Shown here: piece by piece, positions 46,246 to 55,692 of the stretch | How positions within the stretch are numbered: the first letter of the stretch is position 1 | Layout of the letters: each line of letters begins with the position of its first letter | Assembly: GCA_937995535.1 (NCBI GenBank) | Contig: CALKJU010000067.1 | Location: 25-64,024, forward strand | Source: an uncultured Alphaproteobacteria bacterium | GTDB lineage: Bacteria > Pseudomonadota > Alphaproteobacteria > Geminicoccales > Geminicoccaceae | Reading direction: 5' to 3' | DNA length: 64,000 nt | Notes under the pieces: generated by a model | The model's database searches: none | Told to the model about the DNA's origin: nothing | Seen by the model: only the letters and a program-made list of their open reading frames with translations | Made by a program: the position numbers and the translations under genes

Positions 46246-47328
46246 CTAGGCGGTGAGGACCGCGTGGCGCATCGCCAGCAGCGGCGCGTCGAACCGCATC
46301 GCGTATTCGTCCGCCTTTTTCAGGAAGGTCATGAACGACTCATGGACCTTGGCGGTGAGCGGATCGCTCGCGGCGAGCTCCGCGAACACCTCCAGCGTCG
46401 CCTTGCCGAGCGCCGCGACGATCTCGTCGCTGAAGGTGCGCAGCTCGACCCCATGCTCGGCGAGAAGCGGCCCGAAAGCGTCGATATTGTGATAGACGAA
46501 ATCGGCGTAGGTTTCCTGTGCGGTGGCTGCGGCCGCGGCCTCGACGATCGCCTGCAGATCCGCCGACAGCTCCGCCCAGCGGGTCTTGTTGACGATGATC
46601 TCGAGACCGGGGCCGGGTTCGTGGAACGCCGGCACGTAGTAGAACTTCGCCACCTTGTAGAGGCCGAAGGCGCGATCGTTCCAGGGGCCGATCCACTCCG
46701 CGGCGTCGATCGCGCCGCTGAGCAGGGCGGGCGAGATCTCGCCCGGCGGGATCAGGACCGGGTTGACGCCGAGCCGCTTCATCACCTCGCCACCGAGCCC
46801 GGCGATCCGGAACTTGAGCCCCTGGAGGTCGGCGAGTGTGTTGATCTCCTTGCGGAACCAGCCGCCGGCCTGGACGCCGCTCGAGCCGGCGTAGAAGGGC
46901 ACCACGCCGAGCGGGTCGTAGACCTCGTGCCACAGGGCGAGGCCGCCGCCGAAGGCGATCCAGGCGGCGAGCTCGGGTGCGGTGAAGCCGAACGGCACGC
47001 CGGTGAAGTAATGCAACGCGGGCGCTTTCCCGACCCAGTAGTAGGGCGTGCCGTGGGCGGCGTCCGCGGTGCCGCTCTGCACGGCATCCAGACCCTCGAA
47101 CGGCGGGACCAGCTCGCCCGCGGCGAACAGCTTGATCTCGAGCCGTCCGCCCGACATGGCGTTGACACGATCGACGAAGCGCTGTGCGCCGCGGCCGACG
47201 CCGGGCGTGTTCCGTGGCCAGGGCATCACCATGTTCCAGGCGATCTTGCCCTGCGCGACCGCCGGCGCGGCGAGCGTGGCGGCGGCCAGCCCCAGAGTGC
47301 CTGTAGTGACGAGGTCGCGACGCTTCAT
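46246..47328 (-). CDS. orphan TRAP-type (DctP-related) solute-binding protein with Tat signal
   Basis: MKRRDLVTTGTLGLAAATLAAPAVAQG (twin-Arg signal), PWPRNTPG, YYWVGK, GGWFRKEI, EWIGPWND: the Tat-dependent TRAP receptor subfamily. GGGGAGGA precedes ATG 47328. No DctQ/DctM gene is adjacent. Confidence 0.8.
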   Translation of the reverse strand: MKRRDLVTTGTLGLAAATLAAPAVAQGKIAWNMVMPWPRNTPGVGRGAQRFVDRVNAMSGGRLEIKLFAAGELVPPFEGLDAVQSGTADAAHGTPYYWVGKAPALHYFTGVPFGFTAPELAAWIAFGGGLALWHEVYDPLGVVPFYAGSSGVQAGGWFRKEINTLADLQGLKFRIAGLGGEVMKRLGVNPVLIPPGEISPALLSGAIDAAEWIGPWNDRAFGLYKVAKFYYVPAFHEPGPGLEIIVNKTRWAELSADLQAIVEAAAAATAQETYADFVYHNIDAFGPLLAEHGVELRTFSDEIVAALGKATLEVFAELAASDPLTAKVHESFMTFLKKADEYAMRFDAPLLAMRHAVLTA

Positions 47329-47380
47329 CCCGATATCCTCCCCGATCCGGCCCAGTTCCGTCATGGCTGGCGGACGCAGC

Positions 47381-48727
47381 TCACGCGTGATCTTGCCAGC
47401 TCGGCCGGCGTCCCGGAACCACCCGGTCGATGACGTGCACGAAGGAGCCCGCGACCGATCCGAGGCGACAGCCGACCGGTCCCAGATCTCGCCCGCGGGC
47501 ATCACGCGCCCGGGCGAACGGCGCTCCAACGCGGCTCAGCTCCGTCGCGTAGTGGAATTCGTGCCCGCGCAGTCGCTCGCCGTGTCCACCCAGTGGCCCG
47601 TCGCCGAGCAGCTCGATCTCGCGATAGCCGAGCTGCCGACGGCGCTCGGCGAAGCTCGTCCGCACCGGCAGCAGGCCCGCCATCGGATGAACCTGCCCAT
47701 CCGCGTCGGCCAAGCTCTCACCCAGCACCATGTAACCGCCACACTCGCCGAGGATCGGCGTCCCACGCCCGGCGGCGGCGCACAGCCCGCGCCGGAACCG
47801 CTCCGCCTGCGCAAGCCGCGCCGCGTGCAGCTCCGGATAGCCGCCGGGCAGGTAGACGGCGTCGGCGTCGAGCGCGGGCGCCTCGTCGGCGAGCGGCGAG
47901 AACGGCCGCAGCTCGGCGCCCTGCCGGCGCCAGCCGGCGAGCGTCGCCGGATAGGCGAAGGCGAAGGCGGCGTCGCGCGCGATCGCGATCCGTTGCCCGA
48001 GCGGGGCCAATGGCGTCGCGTGATTGCCCATCGGCGAGACCGAGGACGGACGCGCCAGGCGCATCAGCCAGCCGAGATCGACCTCGCGCTCGACGAGGTC
48101 CGCGGCACGCTCGAGGAACGCCTCGAGCGCGGGATGCTCCGCCGCTTGTACCAGACCCAGATGGCGGCTGGGCAGGGCGAGCGTCGGGTCTCGCGGCAGG
48201 CAGGCCAGCACCGGCGTCGCGAAGTGGTCGTCGCAGGCCTCGCGGAGGAGTTGGGCGTGCTCCGCGCCACCCACGCCGTTGAGGATCACGCCCACGACGT
48301 GGACGTCGTCGCGGTGGCGGAGGAAGCCCTCGATCAGGGCGGCCGCCGAGGCGCCCATGGCGCGCACGTCGACCACCAGCACCACCGGCAGGCCGAACAG
48401 CGCGGCGATGTCGGCGGTCGACCCGGCACCGCCCGGTGCGCCGTCGAACAGGCCCATCACGCCCTCGCCGAGCACGAGGTCGACGCCGCTGCCGGCCTCC
48501 TGCATCAGCAGCGCCAGCGTCTCGAAGCGCATCGCCCAGCTGTCCAGGTTGGGACAGGGCCGGCGCGCCGCGGCGGCGTGAAAGGCGGGATCGATGTAGT
48601 CCGGGCCGACCTTGAACGAGCCGACCGCATAGCCGCGTCGTGCCAGGGCGCGGAGCAGGCCCAGGGTGATGGTCGTCTTCCCGCTGCCCGAGGCCGGCGC
48701 GGCGATGATCAAGGCGGGTGCGCTCAT
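47381..48727 (-). CDS. cobB: hydrogenobyrinate/cobyrinate a,c-diamide synthase
   Basis: SGSGKTTITLGLLRAL, FKVGPDYIDP, C-terminal glutamine amidotransferase GECGGYMVLG; 448 aa. Confidence 0.9.
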   Translation of the reverse strand: MSAPALIIAAPASGSGKTTITLGLLRALARRGYAVGSFKVGPDYIDPAFHAAAARRPCPNLDSWAMRFETLALLMQEAGSGVDLVLGEGVMGLFDGAPGGAGSTADIAALFGLPVVLVVDVRAMGASAAALIEGFLRHRDDVHVVGVILNGVGGAEHAQLLREACDDHFATPVLACLPRDPTLALPSRHLGLVQAAEHPALEAFLERAADLVEREVDLGWLMRLARPSSVSPMGNHATPLAPLGQRIAIARDAAFAFAYPATLAGWRRQGAELRPFSPLADEAPALDADAVYLPGGYPELHAARLAQAERFRRGLCAAAGRGTPILGECGGYMVLGESLADADGQVHPMAGLLPVRTSFAERRRQLGYREIELLGDGPLGGHGERLRGHEFHYATELSRVGAPFARARDARGRDLGPVGCRLGSVAGSFVHVIDRVVPGRRPSWQDHA

Positions 48728-48766
48728 CGATCGGCGGGAGGACTGGTCGCCTGATGGACCGCGTTC

Positions 48767-49870
48767 ATGGGTGAGACATCCTATCGTGCGCCGGTCGCCG
48801 AGGCGACATCCCTGCGGCGCGGCTGGACCACGGGGACATGTGCGACCGGCGCCGCCAGCGCCGCGGTCTCGGCGCTGCTCGGCCTGGGTTGGCCGGATCG
48901 GGTGCGGGTCCGCCTGCCGCGCGGCGGCGAGGCGACCCTGCCGCTCGCCGAGCGGTCGGTCGAGCAGGACGGCGCCACCGCCGCCATACGCAAGGATGCG
49001 GGCGACGATCCGGACGTGACCCACGGCTGTCTCGTCCGCGTGCGGGCGCGGCCGCTGCCGAAGGGCTCGGGCGTCCTCTTCCGCGCCGGCGAGGGGGTCG
49101 GGACGGTCACCCGTGCGGGCTTGGCGATCCCGCCGGGTGAGCCCGCGATCAATCCGGTGCCACGCGCGATGATGCGCGATGCCGTGGCGCGGATCGCGGG
49201 ACTGGTCGGGGTTCCCGCGGACGTCGAGTTGACCGTGGCGATCCCAGGGGGCGAGGCCTTGGCGGCGCGGACCTTGAACCCGCGGCTCGGGATCGTCGGC
49301 GGGCTGTCGATCCTCGGCACGACCGGCGTGGTCATCCCCTACAGCTGTTCGTCCTGGGTGCATTCCATCCATCGCGGCATCGACGTCGCGCGGGCCGCCG
49401 GCCTCGAGCACCTCGCCGCCTGCACGGGGTCGACCTCCGAGGCGTTCGTCCGGCGCCACCTCGACCTGCCGGAGATGGCGCTGATCGACATGGGCGACTT
49501 CGCAGGCGCCACGCTTCGTTACCTGCGCCGCCACCCGGTGCGGCGGCTGACCATCGCCGGCGGTATCGGCAAGCTCGCCAAGCTCGCTCAGGGGGCCATG
49601 GATCTGCACAGCGCGCGCAGCCGGCTCGACCGCGCGCGTCTCGCCGCCGACTTGGCCGCCGCGGGCGCGCCAGCAGCGCTGCTCGAGAGGCTGCAGCGCA
49701 GTGCCGTGCTCGGCGGGGCGCTGGAGGACACGGAAGGGTTTCCGCTCGCCGACGTCGTAGCGGAACGTGCCCGATACGTGGCACAGTCCGCTGCGGGGCC
49801 GCTGGTGGCGGTGGAGGTGTCGGTTGTCGGCAGGGACGGGCGCCTTGCCGGTCACGCCGGAGCAGCGTGA
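48767..49870 (+). CDS. cbiD: cobalt-precorrin-5B (C1)-methyltransferase CbiD
   Basis: LRRGWTTGTCATGAA, KDAGDDPDVTHG, INPVPRAMM, LSILGTTGVVIPYSCSSW are CbiD hallmarks. Confidence 0.9.
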   Translation: MGETSYRAPVAEATSLRRGWTTGTCATGAASAAVSALLGLGWPDRVRVRLPRGGEATLPLAERSVEQDGATAAIRKDAGDDPDVTHGCLVRVRARPLPKGSGVLFRAGEGVGTVTRAGLAIPPGEPAINPVPRAMMRDAVARIAGLVGVPADVELTVAIPGGEALAARTLNPRLGIVGGLSILGTTGVVIPYSCSSWVHSIHRGIDVARAAGLEHLAACTGSTSEAFVRRHLDLPEMALIDMGDFAGATLRYLRRHPVRRLTIAGGIGKLAKLAQGAMDLHSARSRLDRARLAADLAAAGAPAALLERLQRSAVLGGALEDTEGFPLADVVAERARYVAQSAAGPLVAVEVSVVGRDGRLAGHAGAA

Positions 49871-49877
49871 CGGGCGC

Positions 49878-50642
49878 TTGCGGGTCCTGATCCTCGGCGG
49901 CACGGGAGAGGCGCGACGCCTCGCTGACCTTTTGGTGGCCCGTGGCGATCTCGACGTGATCTCCTCGCTCGCCGGACGGACCAGTGCGCCCCTCCTGCCC
50001 GAGGGCGAAGTGCGCAGCGGCGGGTTCGGTGGCCCGGACGGGCTCGCGGCCTGGATCGCTGCCGAGCACCCGTCGGCGGTGATCGACGCGACCCATCCCT
50101 ACGCGCAGCAGATCAGCCGGATGTTGCGCCGCGTCTGCGCCGCGCTGCGCGTGCCGCGGCTGCGGCTCGACCGACCGGCATGGCAGCCGCAACCGGGCGA
50201 CGACTGGCGCCTCGTCGACGAGCTCGACGAGGCCCTGACGCTCGCCACTCAGCTCGGACGGCGGATCTTCCTCGCGGTGGGGCGGGTGCCGCTCGACCTG
50301 CTGCGCCCGCATCGCGAGCATTGGTTCCTGATCCGTACGGTGGAGCCCTTGCCGGAGATGCTGCCGAACATGCGCCCGGTGGCGGCGCGGGGCCCGTTCC
50401 GCCGCGCCGACGAGCTCGAGCTGCTCGACGGGCACCGCATCGAGGTCCTGGTCAGCAAGGCGAGCGGCGGCAGCTCGGTGTACGCGAAGATCGAGGCGGC
50501 GCGGGAGCTGCGCCTGCCGGTGGTCATGCTACGCCGGCCGGAGCCGCCGGCCGGCCCGCTCGTGCAGCAGGTGGCCGATGCGGTCGCGTGGCTGGATCAG
50601 GTCCTTGCCGATCGGCGTGCCGGGCGCAGCACGTGGCTGTGA
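49878..50642 (+). CDS. cobK: precorrin-6A reductase
   Basis: RVLILGGTGEARRLA, IDATHPYA, KASGG motifs. The start is uncertain (TTG 49878 or TTG 49845); there is no in-frame ATG near the conserved N-terminus. Confidence 0.8.
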   Translation: MRVLILGGTGEARRLADLLVARGDLDVISSLAGRTSAPLLPEGEVRSGGFGGPDGLAAWIAAEHPSAVIDATHPYAQQISRMLRRVCAALRVPRLRLDRPAWQPQPGDDWRLVDELDEALTLATQLGRRIFLAVGRVPLDLLRPHREHWFLIRTVEPLPEMLPNMRPVAARGPFRRADELELLDGHRIEVLVSKASGGSSVYAKIEAARELRLPVVMLRRPEPPAGPLVQQVADAVAWLDQVLADRRAGRSTWL

Positions 50643-51370
50643 TCGGCGGCATAGAGGCGGCTGTCGGCGAAGTCCAACGCGGCCAGCGCCGGGCCCGTCA
50701 GGATCAGGGCCGTACGCGTGATCCCCGCGGCCTTCACCTGCTGCCGGATGGTGCCGAGGGTGCCGCGCAGGATGCGCTGATCGGGCCAGCTCGCGCGGTG
50801 GACGACCGCGATCGGCCCGTCGACGCCATAGACCGGCAGCAGCGACCGCAGGACCTGGGCGAGGTTGTTGATCGACAGATGGATGGCCAGGGTGGCGCCG
50901 CTCCGCGCGTACGCCGCGAGATCCTCGCCCGGTGGCATCGGCGAGGCGCGCACCGCCGTCCGGGTCAGCACAACGGTCTGCGCGATCCCGGGCAGGGTCA
51001 GCTCGAGGCCGAGCTCCGCTGCCGCAGCGGCATAGGCCGGGACGCCCGGCGTGATCGTCCAGGGGATGCCGAGTCGCTCGAGCTGACGGATCTGCTCGGC
51101 GATGGCACCGTAGAGCGACGGGTCGCCCGAGTGCACGCGGGCCACGTCCTGGCCCGCGGCATCCGCCTCCTGCATCGCGGCGATCACCTCGGCGAGGGTG
51201 AGCGCCGCCGTGTCCACGACCCGGGCGCCGGCCGGCGCCTCGGCGACCACCGCTGCCGGGACCAGCGAGCCCGCATAGAGCACGACCGGGCAGCGGCGGA
51301 TCAGTGCAAGCCCGCGGACGGTGATCAGGTCCGGCGCGCCCGGGCCCGCGCCGATGAAGTGCACCGTCAT
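50597..51370 (-). CDS. cobM: precorrin-4 C11-methyltransferase
   Basis: MTVHFIGAGPGAPDLITVRGLALIRRCPVVLYAGSLV, VARVHSGDPSLYGA, TPGVPAY. The ATG overlaps the upstream stop (ATGA 51367-51370). Confidence 0.9.
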   Translation of the reverse strand: MTVHFIGAGPGAPDLITVRGLALIRRCPVVLYAGSLVPAAVVAEAPAGARVVDTAALTLAEVIAAMQEADAAGQDVARVHSGDPSLYGAIAEQIRQLERLGIPWTITPGVPAYAAAAAELGLELTLPGIAQTVVLTRTAVRASPMPPGEDLAAYARSGATLAIHLSINNLAQVLRSLLPVYGVDGPIAVVHRASWPDQRILRGTLGTIRQQVKAAGITRTALILTGPALAALDFADSRLYAADHSHVLRPARRSART

Positions 51371-53163
51371 CCGATCGCGTAGCCCCGCGGTGTCAGGACG
51401 AGCTCGGTGCCATCGCGGCGCGTGACGCGGCGGGACGTCCGGCTGCCGATCAGCACGACGGTGAGCATGTCGACGTCGCCGGGGTCGAGCGCATCGAGCC
51501 GGCCGATCGTCACGGCTTCGCCGGGGCGCCCGAGATTGCGCGCCAGCACGACGGGCGTGTCGGGCGGGCGCGCGGCCAGGAGGATGTCGCGCGCAGCGGG
51601 CAGCGCGCAACGCCGCCGAGCCGAAACGGGGTTGTACAGGGCCACGACGAAGTCGCCCTCGGCCGCGGCGCGCAGGCGGCGCTCGATCACGGCCCAGGGC
51701 GTCATGAGGTCGGACAGCGACACGGCACAGAAATCGTGGCCGATCGCCGCGCCGACCCGTGCCGCGGCGGCCTGGAAGGCCGACACACCCGGCAGGACCT
51801 CGAGCGCGATCTGCTCCCACCCGGCGCCGGGCTCGCCGGCCAGCAGCTCCACGACGAGCGCCGCCATCGCGTAGATGCCGGGATCGCCTGAGCAGACCAA
51901 CGCCACCTCGCAGCCGCGCGCGGCGAGGTCGAGCGCCAGCCGGCAACGCTCCGCCTCCGCGCCAAGGGCGAACGGGTGCCGGGTCGCCCGCGGCGCGACC
52001 TCGCTCACGAGGTCGAGGTAAAGCTGATAGCCGACGAGATGCTCGACGACGCGCAGCCGCTCGACGACCGCCGCCGTGCGCGCGGCGGGATCGCCGGGGC
52101 CGATCCCGACGACGGAGAGGCGGCCGCGTGGCCGGCCGATGGCGAGCGGGTCGATCGCGGTCGGGGCGAGCGCGACGGCCACCGTGCAGCGGGTGCTCTT
52201 GCGCTTCTGCACCAGCAGGCGGCCGTCCGGCCCCGCCGCGGCGAGCGCCGCGGCCTCGGCGACGCCCGGGACCCCGACCGCGCCCTCGACGATGGCCGAC
52301 GGGGTCGCCAGCCGCTCGGCCTGGGCCGCGGCGGTCGCGGCGTCGATGAAGCGCGCCGGTCGCCCGAGTTCCGCCGCCAGTGCGTGGATCGCCGGCTCCG
52401 CGGCCTTGAGGTCGAGCGAGACGACGCAGGCGACCGCGTCCGGCGACAGCCCGCCCTCGGCGAGTGCCGCGCGGGCGAGCGCAGCCAGCTCGGCCGCCGG
52501 CGCGCCCTTCTCGCAGCCGACGCCGAGCGCCAGCACCGGTGGATGGTAGACCAGGGCCGAGGGGCCCGGCGCCACCGCCCGGTGGGTCGCGACCAGCGTG
52601 ATGCGGGCGTCGGGTGACCTTGTGATGCGCGCGGCTGCGAGCCACCCGTCCCCGCCCGCCTCGACCTCGACGCGGGCGGCCTCGCCCTCGAGCAACCGCG
52701 CGGTCAACCCCTTGACGTCGCCGCCCGGCGCCAGTCGCCAACCGGCCGGTGGGTCGTCGAGGGCCACACCGAGGCGGCGGTCGCCGGCGGTGGTGATGGC
52801 GCAGGTGGCGCCGAGCGCGTCCGCGAGGCGCGCCGCGAGCCGGTTGGCGCCGCGATGGCCGCCGAGGAGAGGGACGACGCAGCTGCCGTCCTCGGCGACG
52901 GCCAGCACCGGCGGCTCCGCGCTCTTGTCGGCGAGGTGCGGCGCGACGGCGCGGATCAGGATGCCGGCGGCACACAGCCCGACGATTGGCTGGCCGGCGC
53001 GGAACAGAGCCGCGATATGGTCGCTCACCTTGATGAAGCGAACGTCGGCGGCGCAGGCCGCACAGGCCGGGGCGTGGATCTCGCCGTCCGGCACCACGGC
53101 GCGGAGCCGCACAGCCAGATCGGCGCTCCGCGGGCCGAGGAGGATGATCGCGGGCCGGCTCAC
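51367..53163 (-). CDS. cobJ: bifunctional CbiG-like (cobalt-precorrin-5A hydrolase type) / precorrin-3B C17-methyltransferase fusion
   Basis: The N-terminal about 330 aa are CbiG-like (AAGILIRAVAPHLADKSAEPPVLAVAEDGSCVVPLLGGHRGAN; LALGVGCEKG; GVPGVAEAAALAA). The C-terminal about 260 aa are a methylase (LSVVGIGPGDP.., VCSGDPGIYAMA, LPGVSAFQAAAA). GTG 53163 overlaps the cobI stop (GTGA). Confidence 0.85.
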   Translation of the reverse strand: MSRPAIILLGPRSADLAVRLRAVVPDGEIHAPACAACAADVRFIKVSDHIAALFRAGQPIVGLCAAGILIRAVAPHLADKSAEPPVLAVAEDGSCVVPLLGGHRGANRLAARLADALGATCAITTAGDRRLGVALDDPPAGWRLAPGGDVKGLTARLLEGEAARVEVEAGGDGWLAAARITRSPDARITLVATHRAVAPGPSALVYHPPVLALGVGCEKGAPAAELAALARAALAEGGLSPDAVACVVSLDLKAAEPAIHALAAELGRPARFIDAATAAAQAERLATPSAIVEGAVGVPGVAEAAALAAAGPDGRLLVQKRKSTRCTVAVALAPTAIDPLAIGRPRGRLSVVGIGPGDPAARTAAVVERLRVVEHLVGYQLYLDLVSEVAPRATRHPFALGAEAERCRLALDLAARGCEVALVCSGDPGIYAMAALVVELLAGEPGAGWEQIALEVLPGVSAFQAAAARVGAAIGHDFCAVSLSDLMTPWAVIERRLRAAAEGDFVVALYNPVSARRRCALPAARDILLAARPPDTPVVLARNLGRPGEAVTIGRLDALDPGDVDMLTVVLIGSRTSRRVTRRDGTELVLTPRGYAIG

Positions 53164-53867
53164 CGCCCCGTGCCATCCGCACGACGGGCGAGAATCAGCG
53201 AGAAATAGCCGGCGATCTCGTCCGAGACATCGGCCAGGCGACGAATCCGCTGGTCGGGCAGCCCGACATTCTCCACGAGCAGGGCCCGGTCCAACAGCCC
53301 GCGCGCGCGCAGCACGGCGCGCACCTTGGCGAGGTGGCGGCCGACCTTGAGCACCACCACCGAGGCCGCGGCGGCGACGAGCTTCTCGAGCTGGCGCTCG
53401 GGCAAGGTCGCCGGCACGACGACGAGCGGCGTGTCGCGGCTGCCGAGCGGGCACAGCGTCGCCGCGGCGGCGGCCGACAATGCGGCCACGCCCGGGATCG
53501 CCTCGCACGGATAGCGGCCCTCCATCCGCTGGACGAGGTGGACAAAGGAGCCGTACAGCAGCGGATCGCCCTCGCAGAGGAAGGCGACGTCGCGACCCTG
53601 GTCCAGCTCGGCGCCGATCGCCGTCGCCATGACGTCGTAGATCGGTCCGCTGTCATCGGGATCGCCGGTCATCGGCATCGCGAAGGCCAGTTCGCGGGTG
53701 CCGGAGCCGATATGGGTCGCGGCCACCTGTCGCGCCCGGCTCGGCCGGCCGCGCGCGTTGATCGAGGCGATCACCGGGACCCTGGCGATGGTCCGTGCCG
53801 CCTTGAGGGTCAGGAGATCGGGATCGCCCGGGCCGACACCGACCCCGATCAGGCGCCCCGGGCGCAT
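53160..53867 (-). CDS. cobI: precorrin-2 C20-methyltransferase
   Basis: LIGVGVGPGDPDLLTLKAARTI, FLCEGDPLLYGSF, IPGVAALSAAAA. The ATG overlaps the cobL stop (ATGA). Confidence 0.9.
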   Translation of the reverse strand: MRPGRLIGVGVGPGDPDLLTLKAARTIARVPVIASINARGRPSRARQVAATHIGSGTRELAFAMPMTGDPDDSGPIYDVMATAIGAELDQGRDVAFLCEGDPLLYGSFVHLVQRMEGRYPCEAIPGVAALSAAAAATLCPLGSRDTPLVVVPATLPERQLEKLVAAAASVVVLKVGRHLAKVRAVLRARGLLDRALLVENVGLPDQRIRRLADVSDEIAGYFSLILARRADGTGR

Positions 53868-55066
53868 CAGCGCCGGGCCACGAGCTGGGTCACCGGCAGC
53901 GTCGGCCGCCATCCGGTGAGCCGACCGACCGGCTCGGCGTGCGCCAGGCTGATGCGGCACAGCTCGCCGCCATGGCGCGCCTGGAAGGCGAGCAGCGCGC
54001 GCTCGCTCTCGATCGTCACCGCGTGGGCGACGAGGCGGCCGCCCTTGCGGAGCGCCGCCCAGCAGGCATCGAGCAGCCCCTCGTCGCGGCAGCCGCCACC
54101 GACGAACACGGCCTCGGGCGGCGGCAGGCCGGCGAGGCAGGCCGGCGCCGTCCCTTCGACGACATCGAGTTCCGGCACGCCGAGCCGGGCCGCGTTGGCG
54201 CCAATCCGTCGGCTGCGCTCGGGCTCGCGCTCGATCGCAATCGCCGTCGTGCCGGCTTCGGCGCGCAGCCACTCGATCGCCACCGACCCGCTGCCGGCGC
54301 CGACATCCCAGAGGCGCTCGCCGGGCAGAGGTGCGAGCCGGGCAAGGGCGAGTGCCCGCAGCTCGCTCTTGGTGAGCTGCCCGTCATGCTCGTAGGCGGC
54401 GTCGGCGAGACCGGGGACCAGCGGCCAGCCGGCGGCCGCGCAGGGACGGAGGTCCACCGCGACGAGGTTCAGCTCGGCGAACGCTCCCGCGACAGCATCG
54501 GCGCGGTGGCGGCTGACGCGCTCCGCCTCGCCCCCCAACCGCTCCAGCACGCTCACTTCGGCATCGGGAAAGCCGGCGCCGCCGAGCAGCGCGCCGATCA
54601 GTCCAGGCGCTTCGGCACCATCGGTGAGGACCAGCAGGCGGCGGCCGCGTTGTAGATGACGGCGCAGGGCGGCGACGGGGCGGCCGTGCGCCGAGACGCA
54701 CAAGCAGTCCTCCAGCGGCCAGCCGAGCCGGGCGGCGGCGAGGCTGAAGGCCGAAGGCGCGGGCAGGGCGGTGACCGCCTCCGCGCCGAACCGTTCGCGC
54801 AACAGTTTGGCGACGCCGAACCAGGACGGATCGCCGCTGGCGAGCACGACGCAGCGGCGGCCGCGCCATTGGGCGATCCGCTCCATGGTCGCGGCGAGCG
54901 GCGACAGCCACGCTTCGCTCGGTGCCCGGAGCGGTCCCGCCAGTGCCAGATGACGACGGCCGCCGATCACCAGCTCGGCCGCGTCGAGCGCCTCTCGCGC
55001 GCGGGCGGCGAGGCCGGCGCGACCATCCTCGCCGACCCCGATCACGGTCAGCCAGGGTGCGCTCAT
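53867..55066 (-). CDS. cobL: precorrin-6Y C5,15-methyltransferase (decarboxylating), CbiE/CbiT fusion
   Basis: N-terminal tetrapyrrole methylase (LTVIGVGEDG, LASGDPSWFG) plus C-terminal class I MTase (LWDVGAGSGSVAIEW). The ATG overlaps the cobH stop. Confidence 0.9.
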   Translation of the reverse strand: MSAPWLTVIGVGEDGRAGLAARAREALDAAELVIGGRRHLALAGPLRAPSEAWLSPLAATMERIAQWRGRRCVVLASGDPSWFGVAKLLRERFGAEAVTALPAPSAFSLAAARLGWPLEDCLCVSAHGRPVAALRRHLQRGRRLLVLTDGAEAPGLIGALLGGAGFPDAEVSVLERLGGEAERVSRHRADAVAGAFAELNLVAVDLRPCAAAGWPLVPGLADAAYEHDGQLTKSELRALALARLAPLPGERLWDVGAGSGSVAIEWLRAEAGTTAIAIEREPERSRRIGANAARLGVPELDVVEGTAPACLAGLPPPEAVFVGGGCRDEGLLDACWAALRKGGRLVAHAVTIESERALLAFQARHGGELCRISLAHAEPVGRLTGWRPTLPVTQLVARR

Positions 55067-55680
55067 GGCGGCGGACGGAGGAGCGCGTTCACCGCGGCCG
55101 CGGCCATGGCGCTGCCCCCGAGTCGCCCCGGCAGGGTCACCCACGGCACCTCGAGCCCGGCCCCCATCAGCGCGGCCTTGCTCTCCGCGGCACCGACGAA
55201 GCCCACCGGGAAGGCGAGGATCGCCGCCGGCCGTGCCGGCCAGTGTGGCAGCCGCTCGAGCAGCCGGAACAAGGCGGTCGGGGCGTTGCCGATGGCGATC
55301 ACCGCACCGGCGACATGGCTGCGCCAGAGGTCGACCGCGGCCGCGGAACGCGTGCCGCCCGGTCGGCTCACGGCCTCGTCGAGCGTGCAGACGATCGGTG
55401 GCGCGGAGCGTTCGCGGGGCGCGGTGATCCCGGCCGCGACCATCCGCGCATCGACCAGGACCGGCCGTCCTGCGGCCAGAGCGGCGCGGCCTGCCGTGTC
55501 GGGATCGCCGGACCAGGTGAGCAGGCCCGCGAGCTCCGGCATGCCCGTCGCATGGACGATGCGGCCGGCGATCGCCCGGCGCGCGGGCGGCAGCGCGTCG
55601 AGCTGCGCCGCAGCGCGGACCAGCTCGAAGGACCGGGCGACGATCTCGTCGGGGTCGGTGAGATGCGCGAGCGCCGTCAT
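55063..55680 (-). CDS. cobH: precorrin-8X methylmutase
   Basis: RIVHATGMPE, IAIGNAPTALF, FPVGFVGAAESK, GGSAMAAAAVNAL motifs; 205 aa. Confidence 0.9.
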   Translation of the reverse strand: MTALAHLTDPDEIVARSFELVRAAAQLDALPPARRAIAGRIVHATGMPELAGLLTWSGDPDTAGRAALAAGRPVLVDARMVAAGITAPRERSAPPIVCTLDEAVSRPGGTRSAAAVDLWRSHVAGAVIAIGNAPTALFRLLERLPHWPARPAAILAFPVGFVGAAESKAALMGAGLEVPWVTLPGRLGGSAMAAAAVNALLRPPP

Positions 55681-55692
55681 CGAGCCGGAGGA

